From positions 1 to 64,000 of the forward strand of contig JAYFMW010000011.1 of the NCBI GenBank assembly GCA_042408215.1: a stretch of DNA of 64,000 nt, written 5' to 3'. Below, piece after piece: positions 20,594 to 31,707 of this stretch; the stretch's first letter is position 1, and every line of letters starts with the position of its first letter. Below the pieces are notes generated by a model. That model was given only the letters and a program-made list of their open reading frames with translations. It was not told the DNA's origin and searched no databases. Source of the stretch: Microcoleus sp. Its GTDB lineage: Bacteria; Cyanobacteriota; Cyanobacteriia; Cyanobacteriales; Microcoleaceae. A program made the translations under genes and the position numbers.

Positions 20594-23095
20594 TTAATTA
20601 TGATTTTTAAGAATCGAGCGAGCGGCTTCTAGGAGCAAACGTTGTTCAGCACGAGCGATCGCCCTGTAAGTCTGTTCCACAGCATCGATATGCACCGAAA
20701 TCGACGAAATCCCCCACAGCACCAGGGATTCAATCATCTCTGGATACAAGGCTGGAGCATCGCCACAGATAGAGCAAGGAATTCCAGCAGCCTTAGCCTG
20801 AAAGATTAATTGTTCGATCGCCTTCATCATCGGTCGATCGCGCCCACTGAAAGCACTAGCCAGATCTGGGGAGTTGCGGTTAACTCCTAACAGCAATTGG
20901 GTTAAATCATTAGTGCCGATCGAAATTCCCTGTACCCCTGCTTTCACGTAATCTGGTAATAAAAATAAAACCGACGGAACCTCAGCCATGATCCACAGTT
21001 GAAACTCAGCAGGCCGCTGTTTCCAAACCGTTTCTAAACGTTGGCGACAGAAGACAAACTCTTCAACTGAGCGCACGAAAGGCAAAATTAAATTAATATT
21101 TGTATAGCCTGACTCGCAGACTCTTTTAAGTACAGTTAGTTCCCAATCAAATAACTCTGGTTCACAGTTATAAGTAAAACTGCCATCAATCCCAGATTCC
21201 CGCAAATCCAGAGAGCGATAAAATATTGGACGGGGGAAGACAGCAGCAGCAAATAAACTTAACTGGGTAGCCATGCGATCGACAAATTCCGATTCACGGC
21301 CGTTTTGCAACCAAAGTTTTGGATTTTGACCCTCCAAAACATCTATTGCCATTAATTCCGATCGCAGCAATCCGATGCCGTCAATTGGCAGATTTTTGAT
21401 CCGCTCAATCGATCCGGTTTGGCTAATATTAACTAGCAGTTGAGTCGCCGTTGGCGCACCCCAAAAATCTTGACCAGACTCGGACAGCCGAGATTTAGGA
21501 GCGGGATTAGAAGAGCGATCTAAAGTTGGGAATTGGTGATGGGCGATCGACATTTGTGCTGCTGTAATCGACAAATCTTGACTGTTTAGTGTTTCTCCAT
21601 GTCTGCCAATGTTAGAAGCCCCTGATTCTCTGGCAGTATTGAGCATTAAAGGTTGAGAAAACGCAAAAACTTCGCCGCTGTCGCCGTCTACAAAAACCGA
21701 ATCGCCAGTCTCGATCGCCAAAGTCGCCCCGGCAATTCCCACAACTGCCGGAATACCTAATTCTCTGGCTAAAATCGCCCCGTGACAAGTCATACCTCCT
21801 TGTTCGGCAACAACCCCAGCAGCAACTTTCAACCAAGGTAGCCAATGAGGATGGATTTCCCGCGCTACCAAAATTCCCCCAGCTACAAATTCCGAGTTTT
21901 CGGGGGAATTAGTCATAACTTGGGCAATTGCTTGAGCTTTTCCTGATGCCGCAGCCAAACCTCTAAGTACGGCAGGACTTCGGGCTAGGGCGATCGAGCT
22001 ATCCTGTGGCATTGTAGCAGGAAGCGCGATCGGACTTTCAGATATCGGCGGGACTTTTTGCTTTTTCAAAGGACGAACTTGAGTAAAATAAAAGTCTGGT
22101 TCATCACTGTCTGCTCTCTGGCTGAGCGTCCACTCCAGAATTAAGTCTGAGTCGAATTCTGCGATCGCCTTTTTGCTCAACTCAATTAATTTTTCCAAGT
22201 ATGGTTTCTCTAAAGCGTACTTTTTTTGCGCTGACTCGCCCAATAAATCCACTTCCAAACAACAGCCAGCAAAATTGATAATTGGAAAGGGACAATTAGG
22301 AATTAAAACATCGTCATTGTTTTCTTTAATAGGTTTTTTTTTCGACTTGCGATCGGCTAACTTTAGATTGTAAGCTAATGTTTTGTAACCCAACCGCTGG
22401 AATTTTACCGTGCTTGTTGACTGCTGCACTTGATAGTAATCGGGGATTGTTTCCCCCCTGGCGATCGACATTCCCAAACCGCAGGTGGCTTGAATTTCCC
22501 AGGCTTCACCGCTTTTAGTTTGTAGCGAACCGGCGGCGATCGCACGTTGAAGAGGCTGCACCAAAACTGCCGGATTAATTTGCTGTATTTTCAGGCCACA
22601 CCGTTGCCAGTAAAATAAACTTTGGGCTTTAAACAGTTCTGCCCAAGCCCGTTTCAGCCCGGCTGCGATCGCCTCTGTTTCGGCCCATACAGCCTGAGCT
22701 TCCAGCATTCCCGCTGTGTTTGGGTTTCGGGAAGTCAGGTCAGGGCGAAAAATTAAGGCTTTGGAGTTTAGTTGAGATACAGCCGACTCCAGGACCGAGA
22801 GCAATGAATCGGGTAGTTTGGCGGCTGCGATTTGGCGACGGATGCTGCGGGCTATGGCTTGCAGTTGTCTGGGCTCATCGACATTCAAGTGCAGCGAGGA
22901 GTTGGGTAAGTCAGTAAACAGCGGTTCTAACCAGTCGATGGACTCTAAAAACTGCCAAAATGTTTGAGCCGGCACAACAAAACCCGGTATGACAGGATGA
23001 CTTTTCTGCATCAAGCAGCTCAAGTAAAATGCTTTTTCTCCTACTGCATCTCTGTCTAAAGGTTGAATTTTGTCTAGCCAGTAGAGATTTTTCAC
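20594..23095 (-). CDS. PEP synthase-like / putative PEP-binding protein
   Basis: VGEKA N-terminus, GGMTCHGAILARELGIPAVVG phosphohistidine domain, GIGLLRSE, MAEVPS, SIGTNDLTQ; start uncertain (23095 or 23143). Confidence 0.85.
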   Translation of the reverse strand: MKNLYWLDKIQPLDRDAVGEKAFYLSCLMQKSHPVIPGFVVPAQTFWQFLESIDWLEPLFTDLPNSSLHLNVDEPRQLQAIARSIRRQIAAAKLPDSLLSVLESAVSQLNSKALIFRPDLTSRNPNTAGMLEAQAVWAETEAIAAGLKRAWAELFKAQSLFYWQRCGLKIQQINPAVLVQPLQRAIAAGSLQTKSGEAWEIQATCGLGMSIARGETIPDYYQVQQSTSTVKFQRLGYKTLAYNLKLADRKSKKKPIKENNDDVLIPNCPFPIINFAGCCLEVDLLGESAQKKYALEKPYLEKLIELSKKAIAEFDSDLILEWTLSQRADSDEPDFYFTQVRPLKKQKVPPISESPIALPATMPQDSSIALARSPAVLRGLAAASGKAQAIAQVMTNSPENSEFVAGGILVAREIHPHWLPWLKVAAGVVAEQGGMTCHGAILARELGIPAVVGIAGATLAIETGDSVFVDGDSGEVFAFSQPLMLNTARESGASNIGRHGETLNSQDLSITAAQMSIAHHQFPTLDRSSNPAPKSRLSESGQDFWGAPTATQLLVNISQTGSIERIKNLPIDGIGLLRSELMAIDVLEGQNPKLWLQNGRESEFVDRMATQLSLFAAAVFPRPIFYRSLDLRESGIDGSFTYNCEPELFDWELTVLKRVCESGYTNINLILPFVRSVEEFVFCRQRLETVWKQRPAEFQLWIMAEVPSVLFLLPDYVKAGVQGISIGTNDLTQLLLGVNRNSPDLASAFSGRDRPMMKAIEQLIFQAKAAGIPCSICGDAPALYPEMIESLVLWGISSISVHIDAVEQTYRAIARAEQRLLLEAARSILKNHN

Positions 23096-23166
23096 GCTGT
23101 TAGGCTTGCGAGCAAACTGATTAAAATTAATAATATTTCTCACTAATCACTTACTGCAATTTTAGA

Positions 23167-23856
23167 ATGAATAAGCGCCAATGGACGGGATTAGTCAAAT
23201 CTTTTCTCAATCTATTTCTTAAGTCTAACTGTCCTCTTTGTCAGCGACCCGCCACCGAAGAGTTTTGTCCCTACTGCCGCAAGCAACTTCAGCGCTGTCA
23301 GTTAGCCACACCGGGTCAATTTTGGGATGCCGATCGGGCTGTTTTTGTGTGGGGGGAGTACGGCGGGGCTCTCAAACGGGCGATCGCAGCTTTCAAATAT
23401 GAGAACAATCCCCAATTAGGGAAACCTCTTGGCGGCTGGCTGGCCGAAGCTTGGCTGAATTATCCCGAATTGGCTATTGACAAATTAACCGTTGTACCTA
23501 TTCCGCTGCACAAGGAAAAGCTGAAACAGCGGGGATTTAACCAGGCGGAACTTTTGGCCCAAAGTTTTTGCGAGTTAACTGGTTTGCCTTTGCAGCGGCA
23601 CGGTTTAGAGCGGGTAAAATATACGCAGCCGCTGTTTGAGCTTTCAGCGCAGGAGCGGCAAGCTGAGATGAAAGATGCTTTAATTTTGGGTAAGGATTTT
23701 CGCCGCCGACTGCCGCGCGATCGGGTGTTGTTAGTCGATGATATTTATACTAGCGGTACTACTGTCAAGTCGGCAATTAAAATATTAAAGCAGTCAGGAA
23801 TTTCGGTATATGGAACTGTTGCACTTGCAACTCCCAAGAGGAGTGGGAACAGGTAA
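23167..23856 (+). CDS. comF: ComF family protein (zinc ribbon + phosphoribosyltransferase-like)
   Basis: [31 protein letters not shown]. Confidence 0.88.
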   Translation: MNKRQWTGLVKSFLNLFLKSNCPLCQRPATEEFCPYCRKQLQRCQLATPGQFWDADRAVFVWGEYGGALKRAIAAFKYENNPQLGKPLGGWLAEAWLNYPELAIDKLTVVPIPLHKEKLKQRGFNQAELLAQSFCELTGLPLQRHGLERVKYTQPLFELSAQERQAEMKDALILGKDFRRRLPRDRVLLVDDIYTSGTTVKSAIKILKQSGISVYGTVALATPKRSGNR

Positions 23857-23947
23857 TTGGGAACAGGTAATTGGGAATTGGGAATTGGGAATAGGTAATT
23901 GGGAATTGGGAATTGAAAATCAAAGATTGAGTACCGACTCAGAGTCA

Positions 23948-24772
23948 GAAACCGGGTTTCTATCAATCTCTGGTTTTCACCAACAGTCTCTCAGAAGAAA
24001 CCCGGTTTCTGTGGTTGTCGCCAAGGAGAAACCGGGTTTCTATCAATCTCTGGTTTTCACCGAAAATCTCTCAGAAGAAACCCGGTTTCTGTGGTTGTCG
24101 CCAAGGAGAAACCGGGTTTCTATCAATCTCTGGTTTTCACCGAAAATCTCTCAGAAGAAACCCGGTTTCTGTGGTTGTCGCCAAGGAGAAACCGGGTTTC
24201 TATCAATCTCTGGTTTTCACCGAAAATCTCTCAGAAGAAACCCGGTTTCTGTGGTTGTCGCCAAGGAGAAACCGGGTTTCTATCAATCTCTGGTTTTCAC
24301 CGAAAATCTCTCAGAAGAAACCCGGTTTCTGTGGTTGTCGCCAAGGAGAAACCGGGTTTCTATCAATCTCTGGTTTTCACCGAAAATCTCTCAGAAGAAA
24401 CCCGGTTTCTGTGGTTGTCGCCAAGGAGAAACCGGGTTTCTGAGAGATCTCTGGTTTTCACCAACAGTCTCTAAGCAGAAACCCGGTTTCTGGCCTCGAC
24501 GTGCGCCCAAAGAAACCGGGTTTCTCTGAAAAATCTTGGCTTTCTCAACTAGAGATCTACAAAGAAACCCGGTTTCTGGCCTCGACGTGCGCCCAAAGAA
24601 ACCGGGTTTCTCTGAAAAATCTTGGCTTTCTCAACTAGAGATCTACAAAGAAACCCGGTTTCTGGCCTCGACGTGCGCCCAAAGAAACCGGGTTTCTCTG
24701 AAAAATCTTGGCTTTCTCAACTAGAGATCTACAAAGAAACCCGGTTTCTGGCCTCGACGTGCGTCCAGGACT
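23948..24772. repeat. Tandem array of 10 hairpin units (6 x 80 bp, 1 hybrid, 3 x 86 bp) built on GAAACCGGGTTTC...GAAACCCGGTTTC
   Basis: 80-bp period from 23948 and 86-bp period from 24512. Single units occur at ~26245, 26986, 31281, 47407 and 48223. Confidence 0.92.
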
Positions 24773-24831
24773 AAAATAATCAATCACAAATAACGTGCTA
24801 CAACAGGTATGATCTACATTGGGTCAATTTA

Positions 24832-25527
24832 ATGGCTGCACTCACTCTCGATCGCAATCCCTGTGTCCTGCTGGTTGAAACAGACGAAGTTCTCGCCGAA
24901 CACTTGAGTATGGACTTGAAATCTTCGGGCTACGAACCGATAGTGGCTTCTAATATCGCCACAGGTCAACATTTAGCCCATGAACTACAACCAGCTTTGA
25001 TTGTAATTGACAGAATGTTGGGGGGAGAGTCGGGGCTGTCTCTATGTTCTCACATCAGGAGTGTTGGGAGTCGAGTGCCCGTGCTGCTGTTGATGAGTCG
25101 TGATACAGTGGACGATCGCGTGGCTTGTCTGGAAGCTGGCGCGGACGATTATTTTCTCAAGCCCTATCGCACGATCGAGTTTTTGCAGTTGGTGCGCTTG
25201 TATTTGCAGCCCGATACTAGCAGCAATCACCAATTGAGGTTTGGCGATTTAGTGTTGGATTTGGCCTCTAGGCGAGCCCTACGCAACGGACGGGCGATCG
25301 ACCTGACTATGAAAGAATACGAATTGTTAAAATATTTGATGGAACATCCCCGCGAAGTTTTGACTCGCGAACAAATTCTGGAAAATGTTTGGGGTTACGA
25401 CTTTCTCGGTGAGTCAAATGTGATTGAGGTTTACATTCGCTATTTGCGACTCAAGATTGAAGATGAGGGCGAAAAGCGTTTGATTCAAACGGTGCGCGGT
25501 GTTGGTTATGTGATGCGGGAAGCATGA
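24832..25527 (+). CDS. nblR: Response regulator NblR
   Basis: Atypical receiver (VLLVETDE, IDRMLGGESGLSLC, DRVACLEAGADDY) plus OmpR wHTH; followed by DUF192. Confidence 0.85.
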   Translation: MAALTLDRNPCVLLVETDEVLAEHLSMDLKSSGYEPIVASNIATGQHLAHELQPALIVIDRMLGGESGLSLCSHIRSVGSRVPVLLLMSRDTVDDRVACLEAGADDYFLKPYRTIEFLQLVRLYLQPDTSSNHQLRFGDLVLDLASRRALRNGRAIDLTMKEYELLKYLMEHPREVLTREQILENVWGYDFLGESNVIEVYIRYLRLKIEDEGEKRLIQTVRGVGYVMREA

Positions 25528-25705
25528 AGTTCGGCAACGGATTCTGTAACGGATGTAACGGATGTAACGGATGTAAGTCAGAAGGAAGTTCGGCAACGGA
25601 TTCGCTTTCTTCGGATGTAACGGATTGACAGAAGAAGGAAGAAGAAAGATTTTCCCCATTCCCAATTCCCCATTCCCAATCTAAAATCTCAAATCTCAAA
25701 TCAAT

Positions 25706-26218
25706 ATGAGTTATTTTGCTAATTTGCTCGGTATTGGGCTAAGTATATTTTTGTTGGGATGTTCGCCGACTTTGCCTGTTGCAAGTAATATTGATCCTGG
25801 TATTTTAGTCTCGCAGTCTCCGACACCGACTTCATTAAGTCAAGTTTTGCCGATTTCTGCTAGAGCTCGGATAGCCGATCGCCCGATCGAACTTGAAGTC
25901 GCTAAAACCCCCGAACAACAGTCTATGGGTTTAATGTACAGAACTTCTTTGCCCGATGACAGAGGAATGCTGTTTGAGTTCAAACCTGCGCGGTGGGTCA
26001 ATTTTTGGATGAAAAATTGCCAGATTTCTCTGGATATGATTTTTCTGCGGGATGGAGTGGTGACAGCGATCGAAGCCGGAGCACCTCCTTGTACTGCTGA
26101 TCCTTGTCCCACCTACGGCCCCAATACTATTGTCGATCGAGTCATCGAACTCCGCAGCGGGCGAGCTGCTGAACTCGGCCTCAAAGTGGGCGATCGCATT
26201 GCGATCGAGTTTTTTTGA
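25706..26218 (+). CDS. DUF192 domain lipoprotein
   Basis: Lipobox LLGC; GLMYR, GMLF, FWMKN, VIELRSGRA. Confidence 0.88.
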   Translation: MSYFANLLGIGLSIFLLGCSPTLPVASNIDPGILVSQSPTPTSLSQVLPISARARIADRPIELEVAKTPEQQSMGLMYRTSLPDDRGMLFEFKPARWVNFWMKNCQISLDMIFLRDGVVTAIEAGAPPCTADPCPTYGPNTIVDRVIELRSGRAAELGLKVGDRIAIEFF

Positions 26219-27167
26219 CCCAACAGTCCTGGACGAATACCAAAGAAACCGGGTTTTTCACGAGTGTTAAAGCGTCAAACGCAGTATTTCCGTAAAAAAA
26301 CCCGGTTTCTGCGTCGAGGACTGTGAAAGTATGGGAAAAATTTAGAAACTTTACAAAACTTGATTAAATCTGTTAAATTATTAATAATTAAGTCAGTACA
26401 AATACCAAAAGATTTGCTACGATGTCAATCTTAGTCAGTCTGGGCTTGAGCTTGTTTGCCGAAACTGTAGATTTTTAGTCCTAGGTGTGAGAGACGAGTC
26501 AGCGACTCGCTGCTCATTCTGAGAGACGATGCTCAGCCTCAGAGGCTCGCAGCAGAAAAAGAAATTCTCTGGAACTTCTTTTAATCCAGCTAAATCTACT
26601 AAACTGCTCCGAAGCTCAATGCTACGAGCAAAATTCACTAGCAAAGTTAACTTCAGGTAGCCGGTTCAGGTTCGATCGCCAGAGCTCACCTATTTTTTGG
26701 GAAGTAGATTTGCGGATTCTACATTTTGGCAGATGAAGTTAAACTCTGAAACTGTTTTAGTAGTTTGAAGTAGCAGATTTTTTTTCAGATTCGTGCTGCA
26801 AAGATGCCGAGGTGCTCAGTTTAGGTTCGATCGCACATCCTGGGATCCCCTAGCGAAAAAAATCCAAAACCTTTCACTTTTTGGGAAAGGTTGGCTTGAG
26901 ATGGGCGCTCAGCAAAAAACTTCGCATTTTCAACGGCAAATACTGTTTTAACAGATATCAACGGTAACAAGACAGATTGGGTCCAAAAACCCGGTTTCTG
27001 CGTCAAGAGCTCTCGGATAAATCAACGATTTTTCGGAGAAACCGGGTTTTTTGCGTCCAGGACTAAGATATCAACGGCTACAAGACAGATTTAAAACTGG
27101 CTTATTACTCATCAAAAACATCAGGTTCGCATCAGAAAATGGTGTCCTACACTTGGAGGCAAAATTC

Positions 27168-27383
27168 ATGGCACCCGCTACATACACAAGATTAATTCGA
27201 TTTTTACAAGAAGATTTGGCGATTTCTCGTGCGTCAATTGATGTCGCTGAACGTGTTGGCGCTAACGAACAGCGGCAACGCGATCGCGACCCGAATTCCT
27301 TGCCAATGGTATTGTGGCAGTACGGTTTGGTGACGCTAGAACAATTGGATAAAATCTTTGATTGGTTAGCCCAAGCATATTAA
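27168..27383 (+). CDS. DUF2949 family protein
   Basis: LIRFLQEDLAIS...LPMVLWQYGLVTLEQLDKIFDWL; GGAGG RBS. Confidence 0.85.
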   Translation: MAPATYTRLIRFLQEDLAISRASIDVAERVGANEQRQRDRDPNSLPMVLWQYGLVTLEQLDKIFDWLAQAY

Positions 27384-27445
27384 AAGGATTTTAGATTTTA
27401 TATTTTATCTAAAATCTAAAACCCAAAATCCTTTAACAACTTGGA

Positions 27446-28603
27446 TTAAGATTCAGCTAAAAGTTTCGCAGCAGCGGCAACGCCGGCACCGGGAGTAAAG
27501 CCTTCGTAACCCAATTCTAGCAGCACCACTTCTAAGGAAGAAATTGCTGCTAGAATATCCCGATCGCACACAAAGCCCAAATGACCAATGCGGAAGATTT
27601 TGCCCTTCAAATGGTCTTGTCCGTCGGCTAGCGCAATGTCAAATCTCTTTTTCATCAAAGTCCGCACCTTTTGTGCATCTACTTCGGCGGGCGGCATCAC
27701 TGAAGTAATCGCAGGGCTGGCGCAATCATCGGCAGCAAATAAGGGCAAACCTAAAGCTGTGACAGCGGCGCGAGTAGTTGTCATCAACCGTTTGTGCCGC
27801 GCGAAGACATTTTCTAGCCCTTCTGCTTTCATCATCTGCAAAGTAACTTGCAGTCCAAAAAACATATTGACCGGTGGAGTAAAAGGAGTTGTATTTTTGG
27901 CCGCGTCTTTGCGATATTTGCCCAAATCTAAGTAATAGCGGGGCAATTTCGCAGTCTTGTAAGCTTCCCAAGCTTTAGGACTGACGGCGACAAAACCCAA
28001 ACCAGGGGGAATCATGTAAGCTTTCTGAGAACCAGAAGCAATCACATCAATTCCCCAAGCATCCATCGGAACATTGGCAGCCCCTAAACTGGTGACAGCA
28101 TCGACCATAATTAAAGCTTCACCGTGGGCTTTAACGTGGCGGTTGATGGTTTCGAGGTCATTGAGGACGCCGGTGGAGGTTTCGGAGTGGGTGATGATGA
28201 CAGCTTTGATTTGCTTGTCTGTGTCTGCTTCGAGTTTTTCGCGGAAGTTTTCGGGGTCTAAAGGTTGGCCCCACTCGGCTTTGACGATTTCGACATTTAA
28301 ACCGTAAGCTTCTGCGACTTCGGCCCAACGTTCACCAAATTTACCATTGGTGCCGACTAAAACGCGATCGCCCGCACTCAAGAAATTAATAATCCCAGCT
28401 TCCATCGCGCCGGTACCGGAAACGGTTAAACTCAGGACGTCACTCTTTGTTTGGTGCAACCATTTCAGGTTTTCGGTACATTCTGCAAAAATGGCATCGA
28501 ATTCCTTGCTGCGGTGGCCCATCGGGTGTTTGGCCATCGCCAGCAAAGCCGCTTCGGGCACCGGCGTGGGGCCGGGAATCATCAGCATTAATTTGTTTTC
28601 CAT
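27446..28603 (-). CDS. Class V PLP aminotransferase (serine/alanine-glyoxylate type)
   Basis: LMIPGPTPVP, HSETSTG, DAVTS, GSQKAYMIPPG, RIGHLG. Confidence 0.92.
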   Translation of the reverse strand: MENKLMLMIPGPTPVPEAALLAMAKHPMGHRSKEFDAIFAECTENLKWLHQTKSDVLSLTVSGTGAMEAGIINFLSAGDRVLVGTNGKFGERWAEVAEAYGLNVEIVKAEWGQPLDPENFREKLEADTDKQIKAVIITHSETSTGVLNDLETINRHVKAHGEALIMVDAVTSLGAANVPMDAWGIDVIASGSQKAYMIPPGLGFVAVSPKAWEAYKTAKLPRYYLDLGKYRKDAAKNTTPFTPPVNMFFGLQVTLQMMKAEGLENVFARHKRLMTTTRAAVTALGLPLFAADDCASPAITSVMPPAEVDAQKVRTLMKKRFDIALADGQDHLKGKIFRIGHLGFVCDRDILAAISSLEVVLLELGYEGFTPGAGVAAAAKLLAES

Positions 28604-28695
28604 GATGTTGTCCTAACTATTTCGGTGGGAGTTATATACAATAAATCAAAAAGCTCAATTGCCGAATCCGCACCCTAAGTTTTTTAATTTTTAGC

Positions 28696-28929
28696 TCATA
28701 TAGGGTTAGTTTCATTTAGAGACCAGCGGTGTTCTACTGCTAAGTTCGATCGCTCGCAACTTTGTTCTAACTGTTTCTGAAGGGCCAGGGCTTTCCGCAA
28801 AGTAACGATCAGTTGGTGAACTTGTGCTTGCTGCGGTGATTTTTGACTGACAGCAAACATCGTTTTGCGTTCCAACAATTGAAGTAGCAATTCGTAGTGA
28901 ATGTACGACGGAAGGGGAATTGGATCCAT
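28696..28929 (-). CDS. DUF5340-like small cyanobacterial protein
   Basis: PIPLPSYIHYELLLQLLER...LRKALALQKQLE. Confidence 0.75.
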   Translation of the reverse strand: MDPIPLPSYIHYELLLQLLERKTMFAVSQKSPQQAQVHQLIVTLRKALALQKQLEQSCERSNLAVEHRWSLNETNPI

Positions 28930-29192
28930 GAAAGATGACATACCTCGGTGAACCGACACCCCATTGCAAGTCGCATCAGGGGCATCACAGGTGAACGATA
29001 AATGCCTGTTTTCTGCTTTTTCTCTATCAACTCTTATCAGAATTCAGGGCTATTTGTCAAGCTGTCTGGCGTTTCATATCGTTTACGGTTATTTCGGAAT
29101 GATTTAACCGCAGAGACCGCAGAGACCGCAGAGGAAGAGCAGAGAGAGATGAGTAATTCTGATGCCACATCTCACTATCATTTTTGGTTCTG

Positions 29193-30111
29193 TTAAGTTG
29201 TCACTAATGGATGGGGAGTGGCGATGTTGGCGGCAAGGGAGGCTAAAGCTGCGCCCGGATCTGGCTGTTTGACTAGGGATTCGCCAATCAGGACGGCACC
29301 GGCCCCGGCATTGGCAACTTGAGCGAGGTCGTCGGGGGTGTGGATGCCTGACTCGCTGACGGTGAGGATGCCTTTTGCTTGGATTTCGGTTTGGCGGGAG
29401 GCTAATAGTTGGCTGGTGGTTTCTAGGCTGACGGAAAAGTCTGCTAGGTTGCGGTTGTTGATGCCGATCAGGTTTACGCCTTCTAGGGTTAATACGCGAT
29501 CGAGTTCTGCTTGAGTGTGAACTTCGATTAAGGCTGTCATGCCTAATGTCTTGACAATTTTCACAAAGTATTGTAAGTCTTTGTCAGACAGAATGGCTGC
29601 GATTAAAAGTACGGCATCCGCGCCGTGAATGCGGGCGAGATAGATTTGGTAGGGATAGATGATAAACTCTTTGCAAAGCAGGGGTAAATCCACGGCTGAA
29701 CGGATGTTGCTGAGGTTTTCAAAGCTGCCTTGAAAGAATTTTTCGTCGGTGAGTACGGAGATGCAAGTTGCGCCGTTTTCTTGGTAGGATTTGGCGATCG
29801 CCACTGGATCGAAATCTTCACGAATTACGCCTTTACTTGGGGAAGCTTTTTTGACTTCGGCGATGATGGCGGGTTTGGTTTTGCCGTTTTTTAGGGCGCT
29901 GAGAAAGTCGCGGGTTGGTGGTGCGAAGGGGAGTTTTTTGTGAAGATCGTGCTAAGGGGGTGCGATCGCGCTTTTGGGCTACTTCTGTTTCTTTTTCCCA
30001 GACGATTTCTTCGAGGATGTGCTGGGGTTCGGCGTCGGGTACGGCGATTTTGTAGCTGAGGTAGAGTACGGAGACGGAGGTGCTGGGGGGACGGCGGCGG
30101 ATTTGGAGCAT
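29193..30111 (-). CDS. trpC: Indole-3-glycerol phosphate synthase, with a one-base frameshift near 29950
   Basis: N-part [17 protein letters not shown], then after a 1-nt shift [32 protein letters not shown]; length 3n+1. Confidence 0.88.
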
Positions 30112-30186
30112 GATAGGGGGGATTAAGGGGATAAAGGGCGATCGCACAAGTTTCAATCTATTATATAATAGAAGTCTCTATTACGA

Positions 30187-30591
30187 TTAATTGAACAGAA
30201 ACAAACTCGGATTGACATGAAAAAACTTTCCCAAAGCCTCAGCTTGTTTTGGGGTAATTTCTAGTTGGTTATTAATGATTTGAGTTACTATCTCAATTGT
30301 ATCCATAATTCCCACTAAATCCGCTGGTTCTAGACTTCTAGCGTCCATCAAATGAAGAAGTCTTGAGTGGGGAGTTGAAGCATTTATTTGATAAGATTTT
30401 TCTTCAAAATCTTCAATTAATTTGACTAATAGTTCTAGGAGAGTATCTTCTTCGGGAGTTAGATGGTTCCGAGAGAGCAAATTTTCAACGATTTCCAAAA
30501 ATATCTCGTTTTCATCTTCATTTTTGATGATTCGAGGTTGATATTGAGATAGCAGGCTGCTGTACTTGTCGGAGTCAAAAGTAAGGATCAT
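30187..30591 (-). CDS. higA: HigA-type antitoxin (HTH)
   Basis: PRIIKNEDENE, LVKLIEDFE, LGKFFHVNPSLF; overlaps higB. Confidence 0.8.
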   Translation of the reverse strand: MILTFDSDKYSSLLSQYQPRIIKNEDENEIFLEIVENLLSRNHLTPEEDTLLELLVKLIEDFEEKSYQINASTPHSRLLHLMDARSLEPADLVGIMDTIEIVTQIINNQLEITPKQAEALGKFFHVNPSLFLFN

Positions 30592-30874
30592 TTTTCCAGT
30601 TGTCTTTGTCATATTCTGCATGAGTCAAAATGTACTTGATATAAACAATCTGCTTTTGATAGTTAAGACTTACGATTAAGCGATATTTATTTCCTTTGAT
30701 GTTGAAAATTGTAAAATTTCCAACTGCTTCAGCTTGAGGATAAATAGTTTGAACTTCAATAAGCTTAGTCCAATTGGCTTGACTAGCAATCTTGTACCAA
30801 TCATCGAGGGCTTCGCAGGAATCAGCATGATTTTGGCAGTAGTCTCTTAATTTTTTTCGACTGATAACGTGCAT
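30575..30874 (-). CDS. higB: HigB-type mRNA interferase toxin
   Basis: MHVISRKKL, FNIKGNKYRLI, THAEYDK. Confidence 0.88.
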   Translation of the reverse strand: MHVISRKKLRDYCQNHADSCEALDDWYKIASQANWTKLIEVQTIYPQAEAVGNFTIFNIKGNKYRLIVSLNYQKQIVYIKYILTHAEYDKDNWKNDPYF

Positions 30875-30947
30875 TTAGCGATGAATTGACAAATTAGATT
30901 GAATTTGATTATGATACAATTGTTGGACTACGCTTGGCCTAAGTGGA

Positions 30948-31202
30948 TTAACAAAGAGGTTTGGCCGTTCTGGCTTTTGCCTGTTTCAGAGCACTCAATA
31001 AGCGATCGGCATTTTTGGGCGATCGCAGCAGGTGCAATGTCTCCAATAAGCTTGCCAACTCGTCAGCGGCAATTAAGGCTACGTTTTCGCCGTCTTTGCG
31101 GGTGATGATGATGGCATCGCGATCGCTGATGACTTGTTCGCACAGTTGATCGAGATTGGCCTGAGCTTCAGTATAGGTTACTTGGGTTTGTGTGAGTGAC
31201 AT
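30948..31202 (-). CDS. Phd/YefM-family antitoxin, orphan
   Basis: TYTEAQANL, IIITRK, SLLETLHLLRSPKNADRL; no YoeB/Txe gene follows. Confidence 0.82.
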   Translation of the reverse strand: MSLTQTQVTYTEAQANLDQLCEQVISDRDAIIITRKDGENVALIAADELASLLETLHLLRSPKNADRLLSALKQAKARTAKPLC

Positions 31203-31707
31203 GGTTTTTGGCTTCCCAATACTAAGAATATTATAAGGGCGATCGGGTGATTAGAAGTCTTTATTTATAGCATTGAGGCAGAAACCGGGTTTTTTCCCAA
31301 ATTTTTGCGTGAGTACCTTTAACCTTGCTAAAAACCCGGTTTCTTGAGTGACTACTGCTGTATAACTTTTGAGAATTGGGATAAGAAGCGGTATTGGCAA
31401 GCTGCAACATATGTGTTAAACTCAGCAAAAGCTCTGGCGCGAGTGGAATACAGCGGTGTCCTGGTAAATGAATTACAAAAAAAACTGGTTGGTGTTGCAG
31501 CGGTATCCCGTGTCCGCCCTCTGATTTTTAGATGTATACTCAATCAACCTAAAATCTACTTTAAGTTAGCTAATTTGTGGCTGTGGAGCGCACAAGCAGC
31601 AAAGCCGGAACGTCAAAGGACACAATAATTGGTGGCTAATTTGCTTGAATTTGGAATCTAGCCAGATTAGCGATTTAACGCCATCTCAAAATATCTACTA
31701 ACGGGTA

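Noticed and set aside
23810..24772. CRISPR-like array and ORFs 23810-24529, 24015-24443, 24091-24474
   Set aside because: Intervening sequences repeat, the 80- and 86-bp periods are not multiples of 3, and the ORFs are repeat translations.
31344..31628. 94-aa ORF before the LRR gene
   Set aside because: TTG start abutting a repeat, no RBS and no recognisable motif; may be a fragment.
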